Source: a virus
Direction: 5' to 3' (one strand)
IMG/VR virus record: IMGVR_UViG_3300031565_014867
Location: 1-64,000 of that record
DNA length: 64,000 nt
Shown here piece after piece: positions 19,461 to 29,304 of the stretch. The position numbers and the translations under genes were made by a program. Positions within the stretch are counted from its first letter, which is position 1. Each line of letters opens with the position of its first letter. The notes beneath the pieces are model-generated. The model was not told the DNA's origin, did not search any database, and was given only the letters and a program-made list of their open reading frames with translations.

Positions 19461-19957
19461 GTGGTCACCATGAGGTGCATTCTGTACCGGGCATCGACGG
19501 CGCTCTGGCGGAGCCGATCGTCGCGGCTGATCTGTCCGAAGTGAATCACGCGGATCGCATCCCGCTTGCCGGAGCGGAGCGTGAGGCAACCGAGTAGCGA
19601 CTGGTCGTCATCCGGCCCTTCTCCCCACTTCCGCACGGGGATCGGCCCGCCGGCCGCTTGAAGCAACACGCCGGCTTGCTGCACGATGTCGTAGGCGTTC
19701 TTGGTCTGGCCGCCCATCATGCTCGTCAGCAGCAGGTTCACGTCCACGTCGAGCCGAAAATAGCCCCGGCTGAGTTCCGTTACGGCCGGGCCGTTGATGC
19801 GGAATTCGACGTGATCGTTCGCCCGCATCTTCTCGGCCTCGCGTTCGTCGAGCCCTTCAATCAGGATGGGCAGTTCGATCCCGTCGGCCGCCTGCTTGAA
19901 GTAGTCGGCGGCCGAGGCGAATATCCATCGCGGCCAGTGCGGGTTGGGGATGCTCAT
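19457..19957 (-). CDS. Putative tail terminator/completion protein
   Basis: 166 aa, ATGA-coupled, in the usual position upstream of the major tail gene. Confidence 0.5.
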   Translation of the reverse strand: MSIPNPHWPRWIFASAADYFKQAADGIELPILIEGLDEREAEKMRANDHVEFRINGPAVTELSRGYFRLDVDVNLLLTSMMGGQTKNAYDIVQQAGVLLQAAGGPIPVRKWGEGPDDDQSLLGCLTLRSGKRDAIRVIHFGQISRDDRLRQSAVDARYRMHLMVTT

Positions 19958-20457
19958 TGTCGACTGGCTCCCACCGCGAGGCTCAACAGGCTATCGGCCG
20001 TGACCAGGTGGACTTGTTCGGGCGCACGGCCCATCAGTTCCTTGCCGACGACGATCCATGCCGCACCGAACTCGAATTCCCAGATGGCCTTGATCTCGTA
20101 ACGACGGCCGTTGTAGACCAGCCAGTCGTCGCTGGTGAACACAAAGCCATCCGGCATATCACGGGCGTCGATGATGAATTTTCGTAAGCCGCTATCGAAG
20201 CTGCCACCATAGACGAACGCCTTGTTGGCCGAAATCTGCGAGATGCTCTGGATCACCTCGCGGCTGACCTTGACGGGCAAGACGACCGCCCGCCGGACGA
20301 CGAACACGTCCTTGTCGATCTGTTTGCGGCCGGTTCGCACGTCGGTCTCGGTGTCATTGAGACGATAGACGCTCACCGTTCCTCCGTACTGCCGTTTGAG
20401 CGAGTACAAGGTTCGCTGGATCATCCGATTGAGCGTGCGGTCGGCCGGGTACATCAA
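19954..20457 (-). CDS. Putative head closure / head-tail joining protein
   Basis: DWLVYNGRRYEIKAI motif typical of head-closure beta-barrels. Confidence 0.6.
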   Translation of the reverse strand: MMYPADRTLNRMIQRTLYSLKRQYGGTVSVYRLNDTETDVRTGRKQIDKDVFVVRRAVVLPVKVSREVIQSISQISANKAFVYGGSFDSGLRKFIIDARDMPDGFVFTSDDWLVYNGRRYEIKAIWEFEFGAAWIVVGKELMGRAPEQVHLVTADSLLSLAVGASRQ

Positions 20458-20460
20458 CGT

Positions 20461-20694
20461 TTACCTGTCCAGGGCCCTTTCCAGCCGCTGCATAACGACC
20501 GTGTTCTGGGCGATCACGGTCGAGCAACGATCGACCAGTGGCAGCAAAACCTCCCGCTGCTCGTCTTCAAGGGTCTCGATCCGCGCGGCCAGCCGGTCCT
20601 CCCGGCGATAATCCCGCCACAGGAAGAAGATCACGGCAATCAACAGCGGCCCGAACTGCTTGAGCAGCCACATCAGGTCCATGAAGTTGTCCAC
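20461..20694 (-). CDS. Small membrane protein with coiled coil (holin-like)
   Basis: GTG start with GAGGA SD; one TM segment (FGPLLIAVIFFLW) followed by a coiled coil. Confidence 0.5.
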   Translation of the reverse strand: MDNFMDLMWLLKQFGPLLIAVIFFLWRDYRREDRLAARIETLEDEQREVLLPLVDRCSTVIAQNTVVMQRLERALDR

Positions 20695-20816
20695 GGTGCG
20701 TTCCTCGACAGCGTTGGAGACAAGACGGGCAGAGCAAGAAATGGGAAGGGACGCCCGGCGCGGAACACGACGAAAGCGTGCCGCACCGGGCAATCCCCCG
20801 AACGACAAGAAGGCGA

Positions 20817-22229
20817 TCAGCCCTGGAGCACCACGGCCAGGTCCGGGTCGAGGACCGCGACGCCGGCCAGGATGTCCATGTTGACGACCGTGCCCTGCTT
20901 GATGCTGTTGTATTGCATCGTGATACGCATGGCGATGTCGTTGTACGCTGCCACGGCGGCCATCACGCCCATCGACTGGTTGGGCAACGCCAGCGGCCGG
21001 GTGACCAGGGCCAGGGCGTCACGGTGCAACGCGAGGTTCATCGCGCCAGCCGGGCCGGGGAAGGCTAGGTCGTTGTCGGCCAGGGCGGTTTCGAGCGGGC
21101 GGTCGAGCCAGACGACCCGATCGGAGCCCGATGCCTCCGACTCGATCACCGTGTAGGTGTGGCGGCTGCCACCGGTGCCGAAGGAGACGAGCTGACCGAC
21201 CTGGAGCGACTGGGTGAAGCCGTCGACCGTGATGCCCTTGGTGTAGTCGGCCGGGTAGTCGCCCTTGACGCTCTGGGCCTTGTACACGGTGATGGCTGCG
21301 CCGGCCTCGGTGGCGAACTTGTTCGCCTCGTGGAGCGTTACGGCCGTCGTGTCGCCAGCGGCGGTCGTGGCCGCGGTCACGTAGGTAGGCTGGTCGTTGC
21401 CTTCGACCACGGCGTACTCACCCGCCTGCGCCTCATAGCCGGTGATGGCCACTGCCTGCGAGCCGGTCGCACCGATGCTCGCGGCATTGGTCACGGTTCC
21501 GGTCGCCACGTCGGACGTGCCTTCGGCGATGTCGTTGACGTTCTGGTCCATCCAGGTGTCGAAGCCGAGGATGCGGCCCAGCCGGGCGTTTTCCAGGGCC
21601 GTTCCGCCATCGCCCCGCTGATCGGCCGCGATGAACAACTCGTTCTTGAGCAGGGCCGTCTCGCTGGCCGAGCCGAGCACCAGGTTCCGCGCCGTCACCG
21701 GGGCCTTGTTGTCGTTGAGCACCTTGCGGGCTTCGAGCAGGTAGTCCTTCGAGTTGTCCTCGTCGAGGTTCAACAACCGCCCGACTCGCTTGGCCGGACC
21801 GCTGAGAAACCGGTGGACCTGACCGAGCACCGCGCGATCGACGCCGCGAGCGATGACTTGCATGGCCGGCAGCAAGTAGATCGCGACCAATTCCTGGAAC
21901 GACTTGCTCGCCTCGCCATCCTTGATGACGAACGAGTTGTAGATGTGCTGATCGAGCGGGACCTGCACGTTGGTCGAACGGGCGTCCTGGGTCTCGACGT
22001 CGTCGTCATCCGTCTTGCGGCGAATCTTGAAGCTGGCCGGCTGCCGGGTGTTGACCACGTCGCCGAACTCACGGACCTCGTCCTCGAAGTCACGGTGGAC
22101 CATCGCGGCGGCCACCATGTTCTCTTCGAGGATGGCCAGGCCCTCTTGCGCCCATCGCTCGGGAATGTAGGCGTCGTTGTCGTTGGCGTAGCAGGTGGGC
22201 TCCGCCGAGGAAAGGTAGAGAGGATTCAT
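20817..22229 (-). CDS. Major capsid protein (P22 coat-like) with an internal insertion domain
   Basis: MVHRDFEDEV..FGDVVN, ALENARLGRILGFD, LALHRDALALVTRPL and C-terminal DILAGVAVLDP; GGAG SD. Confidence 0.9.
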   Translation of the reverse strand: MNPLYLSSAEPTCYANDNDAYIPERWAQEGLAILEENMVAAAMVHRDFEDEVREFGDVVNTRQPASFKIRRKTDDDDVETQDARSTNVQVPLDQHIYNSFVIKDGEASKSFQELVAIYLLPAMQVIARGVDRAVLGQVHRFLSGPAKRVGRLLNLDEDNSKDYLLEARKVLNDNKAPVTARNLVLGSASETALLKNELFIAADQRGDGGTALENARLGRILGFDTWMDQNVNDIAEGTSDVATGTVTNAASIGATGSQAVAITGYEAQAGEYAVVEGNDQPTYVTAATTAAGDTTAVTLHEANKFATEAGAAITVYKAQSVKGDYPADYTKGITVDGFTQSLQVGQLVSFGTGGSRHTYTVIESEASGSDRVVWLDRPLETALADNDLAFPGPAGAMNLALHRDALALVTRPLALPNQSMGVMAAVAAYNDIAMRITMQYNSIKQGTVVNMDILAGVAVLDPDLAVVLQG

Positions 22230-22306
22230 CGTGAGGAGTTCTCCGTTGTGGGGTGTTGCGGCGAGTGCCGCGAAAGGTGGGACAAACGAACCCCTGGAAG
22301 AAAAGG

Positions 22307-23167
22307 TCAACGGCCGCGCTTCGGTTTCAATCCGAGAAGCTCAGGGTTCTTCTCGCGGATTTCGCGGTACTGCGTGGGAGACAGCTTCCGCACGTCGATC
22401 TGGCCGTTCGCTCCCGGTGCAAGGCCACCGGTAGCCGAATTTCCGCCGATGCCACTGACGACACCGGATTTGAAGAGGTTGCCGTACAGGTCGGGCAATT
22501 CCTGCATCCGCTTGACCGCGTTCTCGGGCGTGCGCTGGGTCATCACCGACTCGCCCGTTTCGAGGTCGACGTCGGCGAAGTCGATCATCGGCTCGAACTC
22601 GCCGAGCCCGCGCCCCTTCTCGTCGGTCTTCTCGACCATCTTGGTCATGGGTCGCAATAGCGCGATGACCTGCGACGGGTTATACGCCTCGTGCGAGACG
22701 GCGGCGTCCTGGAGCGCCCGGGAGATCGTCGACTCCATGTAGCGGCGCTCCCAAACCTCGTACTGCTTCTCGGCCTCCGCCAGTCGCTCGCTGTATTCCT
22801 CTTCGAGCTTCTTGCGATCGTGCGCCGCCTGCTGCTCCTTGGTGCGATACTGGGCGCGGAGGTTTTCGAGCGACTCTTCCAGCTTGTTGCGTTCGTCCTT
22901 GCTGAGGCTCTCGTTTTCCAGGAGTTGCTGGTACGACTGCTCCAGCGATTCGTATTTCTCCTGGTGCTTGCGACGGTCACTCGCCAGGAACTTGTTAACC
23001 TCTTCCTGGGTGAACGTCCGATCGCCGCCTTGATCGCCCTGGTCGCCTTGACCGCCATCGCCTCCCTTTTGGTCGGCATTATCGGTTTGGCCACCTTCGC
23101 CACCGCCGTCGCCTTCGTTGTCGTAGCAGGTCGCCAGTGGGTCGGAGAGGTACAGGTCGCACAACAT
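22307..23167 (-). CDS. Capsid scaffolding protein
   Basis: Gly/Asp-rich N-terminus, RTFTQEEVN motif, long coiled coil, LF..G...G near the C-terminus; directly upstream of the capsid gene. Confidence 0.8.
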   Translation of the reverse strand: MLCDLYLSDPLATCYDNEGDGGGEGGQTDNADQKGGDGGQGDQGDQGGDRTFTQEEVNKFLASDRRKHQEKYESLEQSYQQLLENESLSKDERNKLEESLENLRAQYRTKEQQAAHDRKKLEEEYSERLAEAEKQYEVWERRYMESTISRALQDAAVSHEAYNPSQVIALLRPMTKMVEKTDEKGRGLGEFEPMIDFADVDLETGESVMTQRTPENAVKRMQELPDLYGNLFKSGVVSGIGGNSATGGLAPGANGQIDVRKLSPTQYREIREKNPELLGLKPKRGR

Positions 23168-23184
23168 GGTCACACTTCCTTTCA

Positions 23185-24639
23185 TCAGGAAACCCTACTC
23201 AGTCGAATGGCGTCGTCGTCGCGAAGGAACGGTCGCAGGTATCGCCACGCCAGAGCGTTGGGCACACCGTTGACAATGTGTTCGATCGGGACATGGGCGC
23301 GGGAGTAGGTTGTCCGCACCGACGCATAGCCCTGGGAAACGATTCCCAGGTTCTCCAATTCCAGTTCGGGGTCCTTGCCGTCGAGCAAGGAATGGGCGAT
23401 CTCGTAACAGGCGATCCGTATCGCCTCGGGAACCTCCGTGTCGTCACCGCGCGGGAACTCCAGCACTTGCTCGGCCTCGGCCGCGCGGATCGTCTGATCG
23501 CTTGCCCCCGAGCCGAGTGCATGGACCGAGTGTTTTCGGCCCTTGAAGTTCAGCGTGTCGATCACGAGTGTCGCCGCACGCAACGCCCTGGGACGATCGA
23601 TCGGCCTGGCTTGCGACCATGCGTGCTCGTGCAACCGCATGGCGAAGTAGTCCGCCGCTTCCTGGACCGAACCGTAGGTCTCTTGCGAGATTCCTTTGGG
23701 CTTTTGAGGGTCCACGGGCTGCGGAGGGCTCGCCGGACCGATCTTCAACACCTCGGTGGCATCGAATGGAATCCCGTAGATCATGCCGCTCGGCGCGAGG
23801 ACAGCACCTTGCCATTTGTAGGTCCCGGCCAGATTCCCGAAGGTCGACACGGCGTCGATCACCGGATCGATCTTCAGCACCCCCGTGGCGTTGTAAGGAA
23901 CTGCGTAAATGCAGCCGTTGGAGGCTACAACGCCGGCGTTCCACTTGTGGGCACCGGGAAGGTCACCGAAGGTCGACGTGGTGTCGGAGTCCGGATTGAT
24001 CTTGAGCACCTGGGCAGCGTCTCTCGGAATCCCGTAGATGATCCCGTTCGGCGCCAGGACGCCGAAGGCCCATTTGTTTGTCTCGGTCCCCAGGCTGCCA
24101 AAGGTGGTCGCTGTGTCAGCGGCGGGATCGATCTTCAGAATCGCGGCGTGGTTCTTCGGAATCCCGTAGATACAGCCGTTGGGCGCCAGAACGCCGTCAA
24201 ACCACTTGTTTGTCCCGGTAAAGTTCCCGAAAGTGGTCGCCGTGTCGGTGGCAGGATCGATCTTCAGAACTTCGGTGCTGCTGAACGGAATCCCGTAAAT
24301 GCAACCGTTCGGTGCCAGAACGCCGCCGAGCCATTTGTTTGTTCCGGGCAGGCTGCCGAATGTGGATATGGTGTCGGTGGCAGGGTCAATCTTCAGGACC
24401 TTGGTGCTGCCGTACGGAATCCCGTAGATACAGCCATTGGGTGCCACAACGCCTGCAGTCCATTTGTGTGTTCCGATCAGTCCACCAAACAGGGACGCGG
24501 TATCGGTGGCCGGATCGATCTTCAACACCTGTGTGGCGTCGTACGGAATCCCGTAGATGCAGTCATTGGAAGCCAGCACGCCGCCGACCCACTTGTAGGT
24601 ACCCACGAAGTTCCCGAACGTGGAGAGGGTGTCAGTCAT
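23185..24639 (-). CDS. Seven-repeat beta-propeller fused to a head-tail connector-like (DnaT-like) domain
   Basis: Seven 43-aa repeats KW.GGVLAPNG.IYGIP.....VLKIDP, then YGSVQEAADYF...RALRAAT..ID.L.FKG...LEFPR...VPEAI..AC.E.A. Confidence 0.75.
   Translation of the reverse strand: MTDTLSTFGNFVGTYKWVGGVLASNDCIYGIPYDATQVLKIDPATDTASLFGGLIGTHKWTAGVVAPNGCIYGIPYGSTKVLKIDPATDTISTFGSLPGTNKWLGGVLAPNGCIYGIPFSSTEVLKIDPATDTATTFGNFTGTNKWFDGVLAPNGCIYGIPKNHAAILKIDPAADTATTFGSLGTETNKWAFGVLAPNGIIYGIPRDAAQVLKINPDSDTTSTFGDLPGAHKWNAGVVASNGCIYAVPYNATGVLKIDPVIDAVSTFGNLAGTYKWQGAVLAPSGMIYGIPFDATEVLKIGPASPPQPVDPQKPKGISQETYGSVQEAADYFAMRLHEHAWSQARPIDRPRALRAATLVIDTLNFKGRKHSVHALGSGASDQTIRAAEAEQVLEFPRGDDTEVPEAIRIACYEIAHSLLDGKDPELELENLGIVSQGYASVRTTYSRAHVPIEHIVNGVPNALAWRYLRPFLRDDDAIRLSRVS
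23735..24621 (-). repeat. Coding tandem repeat, 129-bp/43-aa unit, seven copies
   Basis: 129-nt periodicity of the ATCCCGTAGAT and GATCTTCA words. Confidence 0.9.
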
Positions 24640-26428
24640 CGACCGGCTCCTTCCCTACACCGCGGGTGCGCTCGGTCGTCGTGTCGCGGAACGTGGTGTC
24701 CCGTGACTGGGCCTTCTCGTCACTGCCGGCACCGGCCGGATCGGTCGAAAGGTCTTTCACACCCCGCGCGGCCGGATCACTGTCGTCATCGTCGCTGCTC
24801 TGCGCCGCAGCGATGCGGAGGATGCGGGCCGTGTGGTCTTCGCGGGCGGTCAGGTGCTCATCGTCGTCGAAGCCGAGGGCGACCGACGCCGTCTTCTCGC
24901 CGACCAGCCCGGCGTTCTTCGCGTCGATGATGATCTTGGGATCGCTGGTCGTGTAGTGCGAAGCGTCGATTTCGCGGTGGATGCGCTCGATCCGTTCGAC
25001 GCTGACCTTGCCGGCCAACAGCACGGTGACGATGTTCTTGGCGATCTCACGCTTGACCGTTCGGCCCGGCATCTTGTGCATCAACTTGGCTAGCTTGTCG
25101 GCCTCGTCGATCCGCTCCTCGTCCGACTTCAGACTGTAGCGGTCGGGGTACTTGACCGTGGCGACTTGCCTGCGGGCCTGCCGTCGCTCTTCGTAGGCGG
25201 CCCAGAACTCGGCGACCCGCCGCTCGGCGCTTTCGAGCACCAGGCCGATGTACGAGAGGCCCGCTTCGAGCCCCTGGTTGTCCATCTGCTTCGACTCGGC
25301 CGACGCGCGGGTCGCGAGGTTCACCACCGCCAGGTTGACCAGCTTGCGAACGTCCTCCTCCAACTTGCTCTGGAGCTTCAAACTGGCTTCGAGCGGCTCC
25401 GAGGGTGGTGCGATGAACGCCGGCGCATCGGCCTTGATGTCGTACGCCCGGCCTTGCGTCGAGCCGACCTTGATGTCCGTATCGGCCGCGCCCTGACCGC
25501 CTTGGGTGGCCGTGCCGTCGGCGCTGGCGGCGACCTTCAAGTGACCGCCGACTGCCCGCAGGTCGCGTTGTTCAATGTAGAAGGGGAAGTTGGCTTTCAG
25601 CGCGTGGTTCACGTCACTGGAACCGAGGTTCAACAAGGCGATCTGGTGTTGGCAAACGTCCTTGATAAGGCTGTCGCCAATGTCGAGCATCACGAAGGGG
25701 ATGCGATCCAGTTCGAGCAACACGGGGCCGGCCGGATTGCCGTCGCGGTCGATCGGGTTGCCGTCCGTGTCGTAGAGTTGCAGGGCTACCTTGCCGGTTT
25801 CGGGATCGATCCACAACAGCCGATACCGCTGGAAGGTCTGCGTCGGCAGTCCCGTCCGCTCGTCGAGATCGAGACAAGAATCCCGCAACAGTAGCGATTG
25901 GAACTCGGACGGTTCCTCGGGCTTCGAGCAGGCCCATGACAGAATGTCTTCGACCTGGTAACTGTAGAGGTAGGGCCGGCGTCCAGTGGCGTCGGCCAGC
26001 GTACTGACCCCATCGACAACCGGATGGTCCACGTACACGCCCACGCGGCCCATCACCAGCAGATCGGTCAACACCTTCATGCCCAGGAAGGAAGTCATCG
26101 TCGCGCCCCGGCGATCGACACCGCCTTCCAGCCCGGCCACGGCCTGTTGGTATGCACCGCTGCCACCGGTCCGCAACACGTCGCTCATGCGTTGATAGAT
26201 CGAGTTGCGAATGTCGTTCACAGCCGCCTTGGCAAACGCCGGGATCGGCGTGACCGCCTTGCGGCTGTTGAAGTCGCCTTGCTCTTCCCGTGTACTGAAC
26301 TGTTCCAGGAACCGATCCCGAAACTCGTCGCCGCCGCGATACGTCAATCGCCACTTCTCCCAGTCCGACATGCAGGACAGGTAGTTCGGGTGCCGACTGT
26401 CGATGATGTTGTGCGAAGACCGTTTCAT
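24632..26428 (-). CDS. Portal protein
   Basis: 598 aa directly downstream of terL; GRVGVYVD and RIPFVML motifs. Confidence 0.85.
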   Translation of the reverse strand: MKRSSHNIIDSRHPNYLSCMSDWEKWRLTYRGGDEFRDRFLEQFSTREEQGDFNSRKAVTPIPAFAKAAVNDIRNSIYQRMSDVLRTGGSGAYQQAVAGLEGGVDRRGATMTSFLGMKVLTDLLVMGRVGVYVDHPVVDGVSTLADATGRRPYLYSYQVEDILSWACSKPEEPSEFQSLLLRDSCLDLDERTGLPTQTFQRYRLLWIDPETGKVALQLYDTDGNPIDRDGNPAGPVLLELDRIPFVMLDIGDSLIKDVCQHQIALLNLGSSDVNHALKANFPFYIEQRDLRAVGGHLKVAASADGTATQGGQGAADTDIKVGSTQGRAYDIKADAPAFIAPPSEPLEASLKLQSKLEEDVRKLVNLAVVNLATRASAESKQMDNQGLEAGLSYIGLVLESAERRVAEFWAAYEERRQARRQVATVKYPDRYSLKSDEERIDEADKLAKLMHKMPGRTVKREIAKNIVTVLLAGKVSVERIERIHREIDASHYTTSDPKIIIDAKNAGLVGEKTASVALGFDDDEHLTAREDHTARILRIAAAQSSDDDDSDPAARGVKDLSTDPAGAGSDEKAQSRDTTFRDTTTERTRGVGKEPVDD

Positions 26429-26438
26429 ATTGGGCTCG

Positions 26439-28142
26439 TCACAGGAACGATTTGATGTCCTGGTTGGTCTCTCGTGCCGCTACCAGCGGCAGAGCGATCT
26501 CGGCATAGGTTCGGGCGTGGGCGAAGTGGTCAGGGCCGGTCGAAACGAACGTCGCCACCACGTTGCCGCCGCTCTTGGCTTGCTGATCCTTCTTGGTGTC
26601 TTTCTTCTCGCGCTCGTAGGTCCGGACCGGCGCTTTCAAGTGCTCTTGGTATTCATGCGACACGTCGCGCGGCAGGATGATCCGCCGTGGTTGGCGAAAC
26701 CGGCCGAGCGACGCACTGAGCCAGTTGGTTCGATCGACCGTGGCAAGCGGTGCTCCGTCTTCGTCGTCGGTGATCGAGATTTCCTTGGCCGTCACACCTC
26801 GCCGATAGCGGCACAGCCACACGTAGCCGGGAAACCGCTTGGCAAACCGTCGCGCTTCCATCGGCCACGGATCGGCGTCGATCACGCAGGCGAGAACTTG
26901 CCACTCCCGCATCAGTTCGTCGAGCCGCTGGTCCCATTCGTCCTCGTAGAACTTGCCTTCCCACAGGACCTTGGCCGTGGCCACCGCATTCAGGTCGTGC
27001 GTGTACTGGTCGTAGAACCACTCGCAGACCTCGACGTAGCTCCACTTGCCCTGGTCGACGCCCATCGTGATAATCCGCTCGCCGCCGATCTCCGGTCGGG
27101 CATCGTCTTTGGTGTGGTTGCGAACGCACGCCTGCAAATCCTCGTCGGTGACTTTGGCCCCGTCGCCAATGAACGGAAGGCCGAGCTTCGAGTTGTGGAA
27201 TTCCTTATTGGCAAGCTCGTCGCCGAAGCCACGAAAATAGGCCACGACCAATTCGCCGGGCGTGACCGTGAAACTGTACAGTTGGTTGACATGAAACCCG
27301 CGAATGTCCGGGTTTGCGTTCTTCGCCGTCGCGTTCCACGTTCCCGTGCCTAGCCAATCGGGTTTCGTCTCGTGAACGAGCTTGTTCTTGCATTCCTTGC
27401 ACTTGAGAAACGATTCGTGACATCGCACGTCCGCAACATGCTCGCCGATGATCTCGATGCAATCGGGCCACACGAACTCGGTCCACCGAGAACAGCAGGG
27501 GCACTTGAAGACGAAGTGCTCCTGCGTGCTTGTCATGTACAGCTTGTGGATGCCGTAGTTCGGGATCGTCGGCGTCGAGATTCCCCAGACGTGCTTGTGG
27601 ACCTGGCCCGAAAGCCGCTCCAAGGCAAGCCATATCTGCTTCTGATCCATCTCGTCGATTTCGTCCAGGAACAACTCCGAGACGGGAATCGACTTGAGAT
27701 TGCTGTCGCCACGCGAGCCACGAATGTAGAGGGTGTTGGTCCCGGCCTGTTTCAGGTTGACCGTATTCGTATCCGTGAAAATCTCGGCCAGCTTCGGACT
27801 CAAGGCCAACGCCGTGGCGAACCGTGCCTTGCTGAAATCGCTCGCATTCAGCGAAGTCGGCAAGACATAGAGGACATCGCGCCGTAGTCTGTCCAACACG
27901 TAGAGCGCCCGGTTGATCGCAACTTCCGTTACGCCTGCCTGCGCCGACTTCATCGCGTAGTTGAACGACGCATTGCTGTCGTGCATCTCGCGGACCCACG
28001 GGTGGTAGGTCCACGAATAGGGGCCAGGGAACGGTTCGCCCATCACGCGACGATTCGCCGCCCAACGCGAACAACTCGTCAACGACCGGTCGGTCAGGCC
28101 GTCCGCGATGGACCGTTTCAATTCGTCGATCAAGTTGCTCAT
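26439..28142 (-). CDS. Terminase large subunit, lambda GpA family
   Basis: MKSAQAGVTE Walker A, LFLDEIDE Walker B, ISTPT, CPCC/CKEC zinc motifs, GVDQG nuclease motif, DHFAHA. Confidence 0.93.
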   Translation of the reverse strand: MSNLIDELKRSIADGLTDRSLTSCSRWAANRRVMGEPFPGPYSWTYHPWVREMHDSNASFNYAMKSAQAGVTEVAINRALYVLDRLRRDVLYVLPTSLNASDFSKARFATALALSPKLAEIFTDTNTVNLKQAGTNTLYIRGSRGDSNLKSIPVSELFLDEIDEMDQKQIWLALERLSGQVHKHVWGISTPTIPNYGIHKLYMTSTQEHFVFKCPCCSRWTEFVWPDCIEIIGEHVADVRCHESFLKCKECKNKLVHETKPDWLGTGTWNATAKNANPDIRGFHVNQLYSFTVTPGELVVAYFRGFGDELANKEFHNSKLGLPFIGDGAKVTDEDLQACVRNHTKDDARPEIGGERIITMGVDQGKWSYVEVCEWFYDQYTHDLNAVATAKVLWEGKFYEDEWDQRLDELMREWQVLACVIDADPWPMEARRFAKRFPGYVWLCRYRRGVTAKEISITDDEDGAPLATVDRTNWLSASLGRFRQPRRIILPRDVSHEYQEHLKAPVRTYEREKKDTKKDQQAKSGGNVVATFVSTGPDHFAHARTYAEIALPLVAARETNQDIKSFL

Positions 28143-28250
28143 TCACCGGCCCCTTGTCGGGAAATCGCACACCCGAGAGGGAAACGACCAGCAGCAAGGC
28201 AGCGATCGACGCTTGGAAGGCTGTTGCGTTCATTCGGGCGCTCTCGTGGC

Positions 28251-28598
28251 TTACGGTTGGGGAACTTCAGGCTTGGGAGCATCCGCCTTCTTCTCAGCGG
28301 GCTTCTCGATCGGCTTGTCAGCGGGCTTGGGCTTCGGCGGATCGTTCTTCGCTGGGGCTTCGCTTGTGGCCTTCAAGACGATCGGCTCGATCCGCATGTC
28401 CGGCTCGCCGCAGGCGTTACACAGTTGGGCCGTGACTCCGACCTGGTGCTCGCGCATCCCCTTCGGGATCGCCACTTCCAACGTCGAATGGGAATCGTCC
28501 AGCGTCGTCGTGGTCTCGCCCTTCGGCGTCTTCACCGTCACGCGGACCAGTGGATGCGTCTGACTCGACGGCAGATTCACTGTCAACACGTTCTGCAT
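28251..28598 (-). CDS. Hypothetical protein with Pro/Lys-rich tail
   Basis: 115 aa, GAGGA SD. Confidence 0.55.
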   Translation of the reverse strand: MQNVLTVNLPSSQTHPLVRVTVKTPKGETTTTLDDSHSTLEVAIPKGMREHQVGVTAQLCNACGEPDMRIEPIVLKATSEAPAKNDPPKPKPADKPIEKPAEKKADAPKPEVPQP

Positions 28599-28914
28599 GG
28601 TCTTGTTCCTCGGTGGATTGGATGATCTGGTCCAGGTCGTCCCGCAGCATATTGAGTTGCGGAATCGAACAGCCGGGGATGCCGGTCATCGCGTAGGTTT
28701 CCAGCATCCGAAGGTGGGCACCAACTGCCGTACACGCCCGAGCCCAAAGCCCCGCCCCTTGGTCATGCGTGAACTGGTCGGGCGTCACGACCGGGGCCGC
28801 TGCGGAGGACGCTTTCTTCGTCTGCCCGCAACCCGGGCACGGCTCTTTCGTTCGAGCCACGTTCGTCCCCGGCTTGGGGCCGCGTTGGTTCATCGGATCG
28901 TTGCGAACGGCCAT
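28417..28914 (-). CDS. Hypothetical protein with CPGC motif; 3' part overlaps the next gene
   Basis: GGAGG SD before the ATG; the 182-nt overlap makes the true end uncertain. Confidence 0.45.
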   Translation of the reverse strand: MAVRNDPMNQRGPKPGTNVARTKEPCPGCGQTKKASSAAAPVVTPDQFTHDQGAGLWARACTAVGAHLRMLETYAMTGIPGCSIPQLNMLRDDLDQIIQSTEEQDHAERVDSESAVESDASTGPRDGEDAEGRDHDDAGRFPFDVGSGDPEGDARAPGRSHGPTV

Positions 28915-28929
28915 TGGGGCCTCCGTGAG

Positions 28930-29304
28930 TTAGAACAGGCGAAGGATGAAGCGGAGGATTTTGATGAGCAGAAGGATGCTCTCAGTCCGCTCCACTTCCT
29001 CACCGTCTTTCAGGACGATGTAGGTCGGCAGTCGCCGGACCCGGTACTTCCGCACCAAGTCGGGCCGGGCGTCGTAGTCGATCTCGATCACCTCGACGCC
29101 TTGTCGCCGCAGGTCGGCCAGTTTGGGTTTGTCCTGCTGGCACGCCTGGCACCAGTCGACCGTGAAGGCCAAGACCTGGTGCGTGGTCTGTGGCGTGGGG
29201 GTCGGACGCGAGCGGTCCGGTGTCTTCAGTGAGGGGGAAGGCGTTTGCACTTCGCACCCACAGAAGAGCACCAGGACCGTCGCAGTGAGAAGAAACCGAC
29301 GCAT
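28930..29304 (-). CDS. Thioredoxin-fold lipoprotein
   Basis: Signal peptide with LFCGC lipobox-like Cys, WCQAC CxxC, and cis-Pro segment RLPTYIVLKDG. Confidence 0.85.
   Translation of the reverse strand: MRRFLLTATVLVLFCGCEVQTPSPSLKTPDRSRPTPTPQTTHQVLAFTVDWCQACQQDKPKLADLRRQGVEVIEIDYDARPDLVRKYRVRRLPTYIVLKDGEEVERTESILLLIKILRFILRLF

Noticed and set aside
23735-24621. CRISPR array suggested by regular periodicity
   Set aside because: Repeats are degenerate, in frame and protein-coding (43 aa); no cas genes
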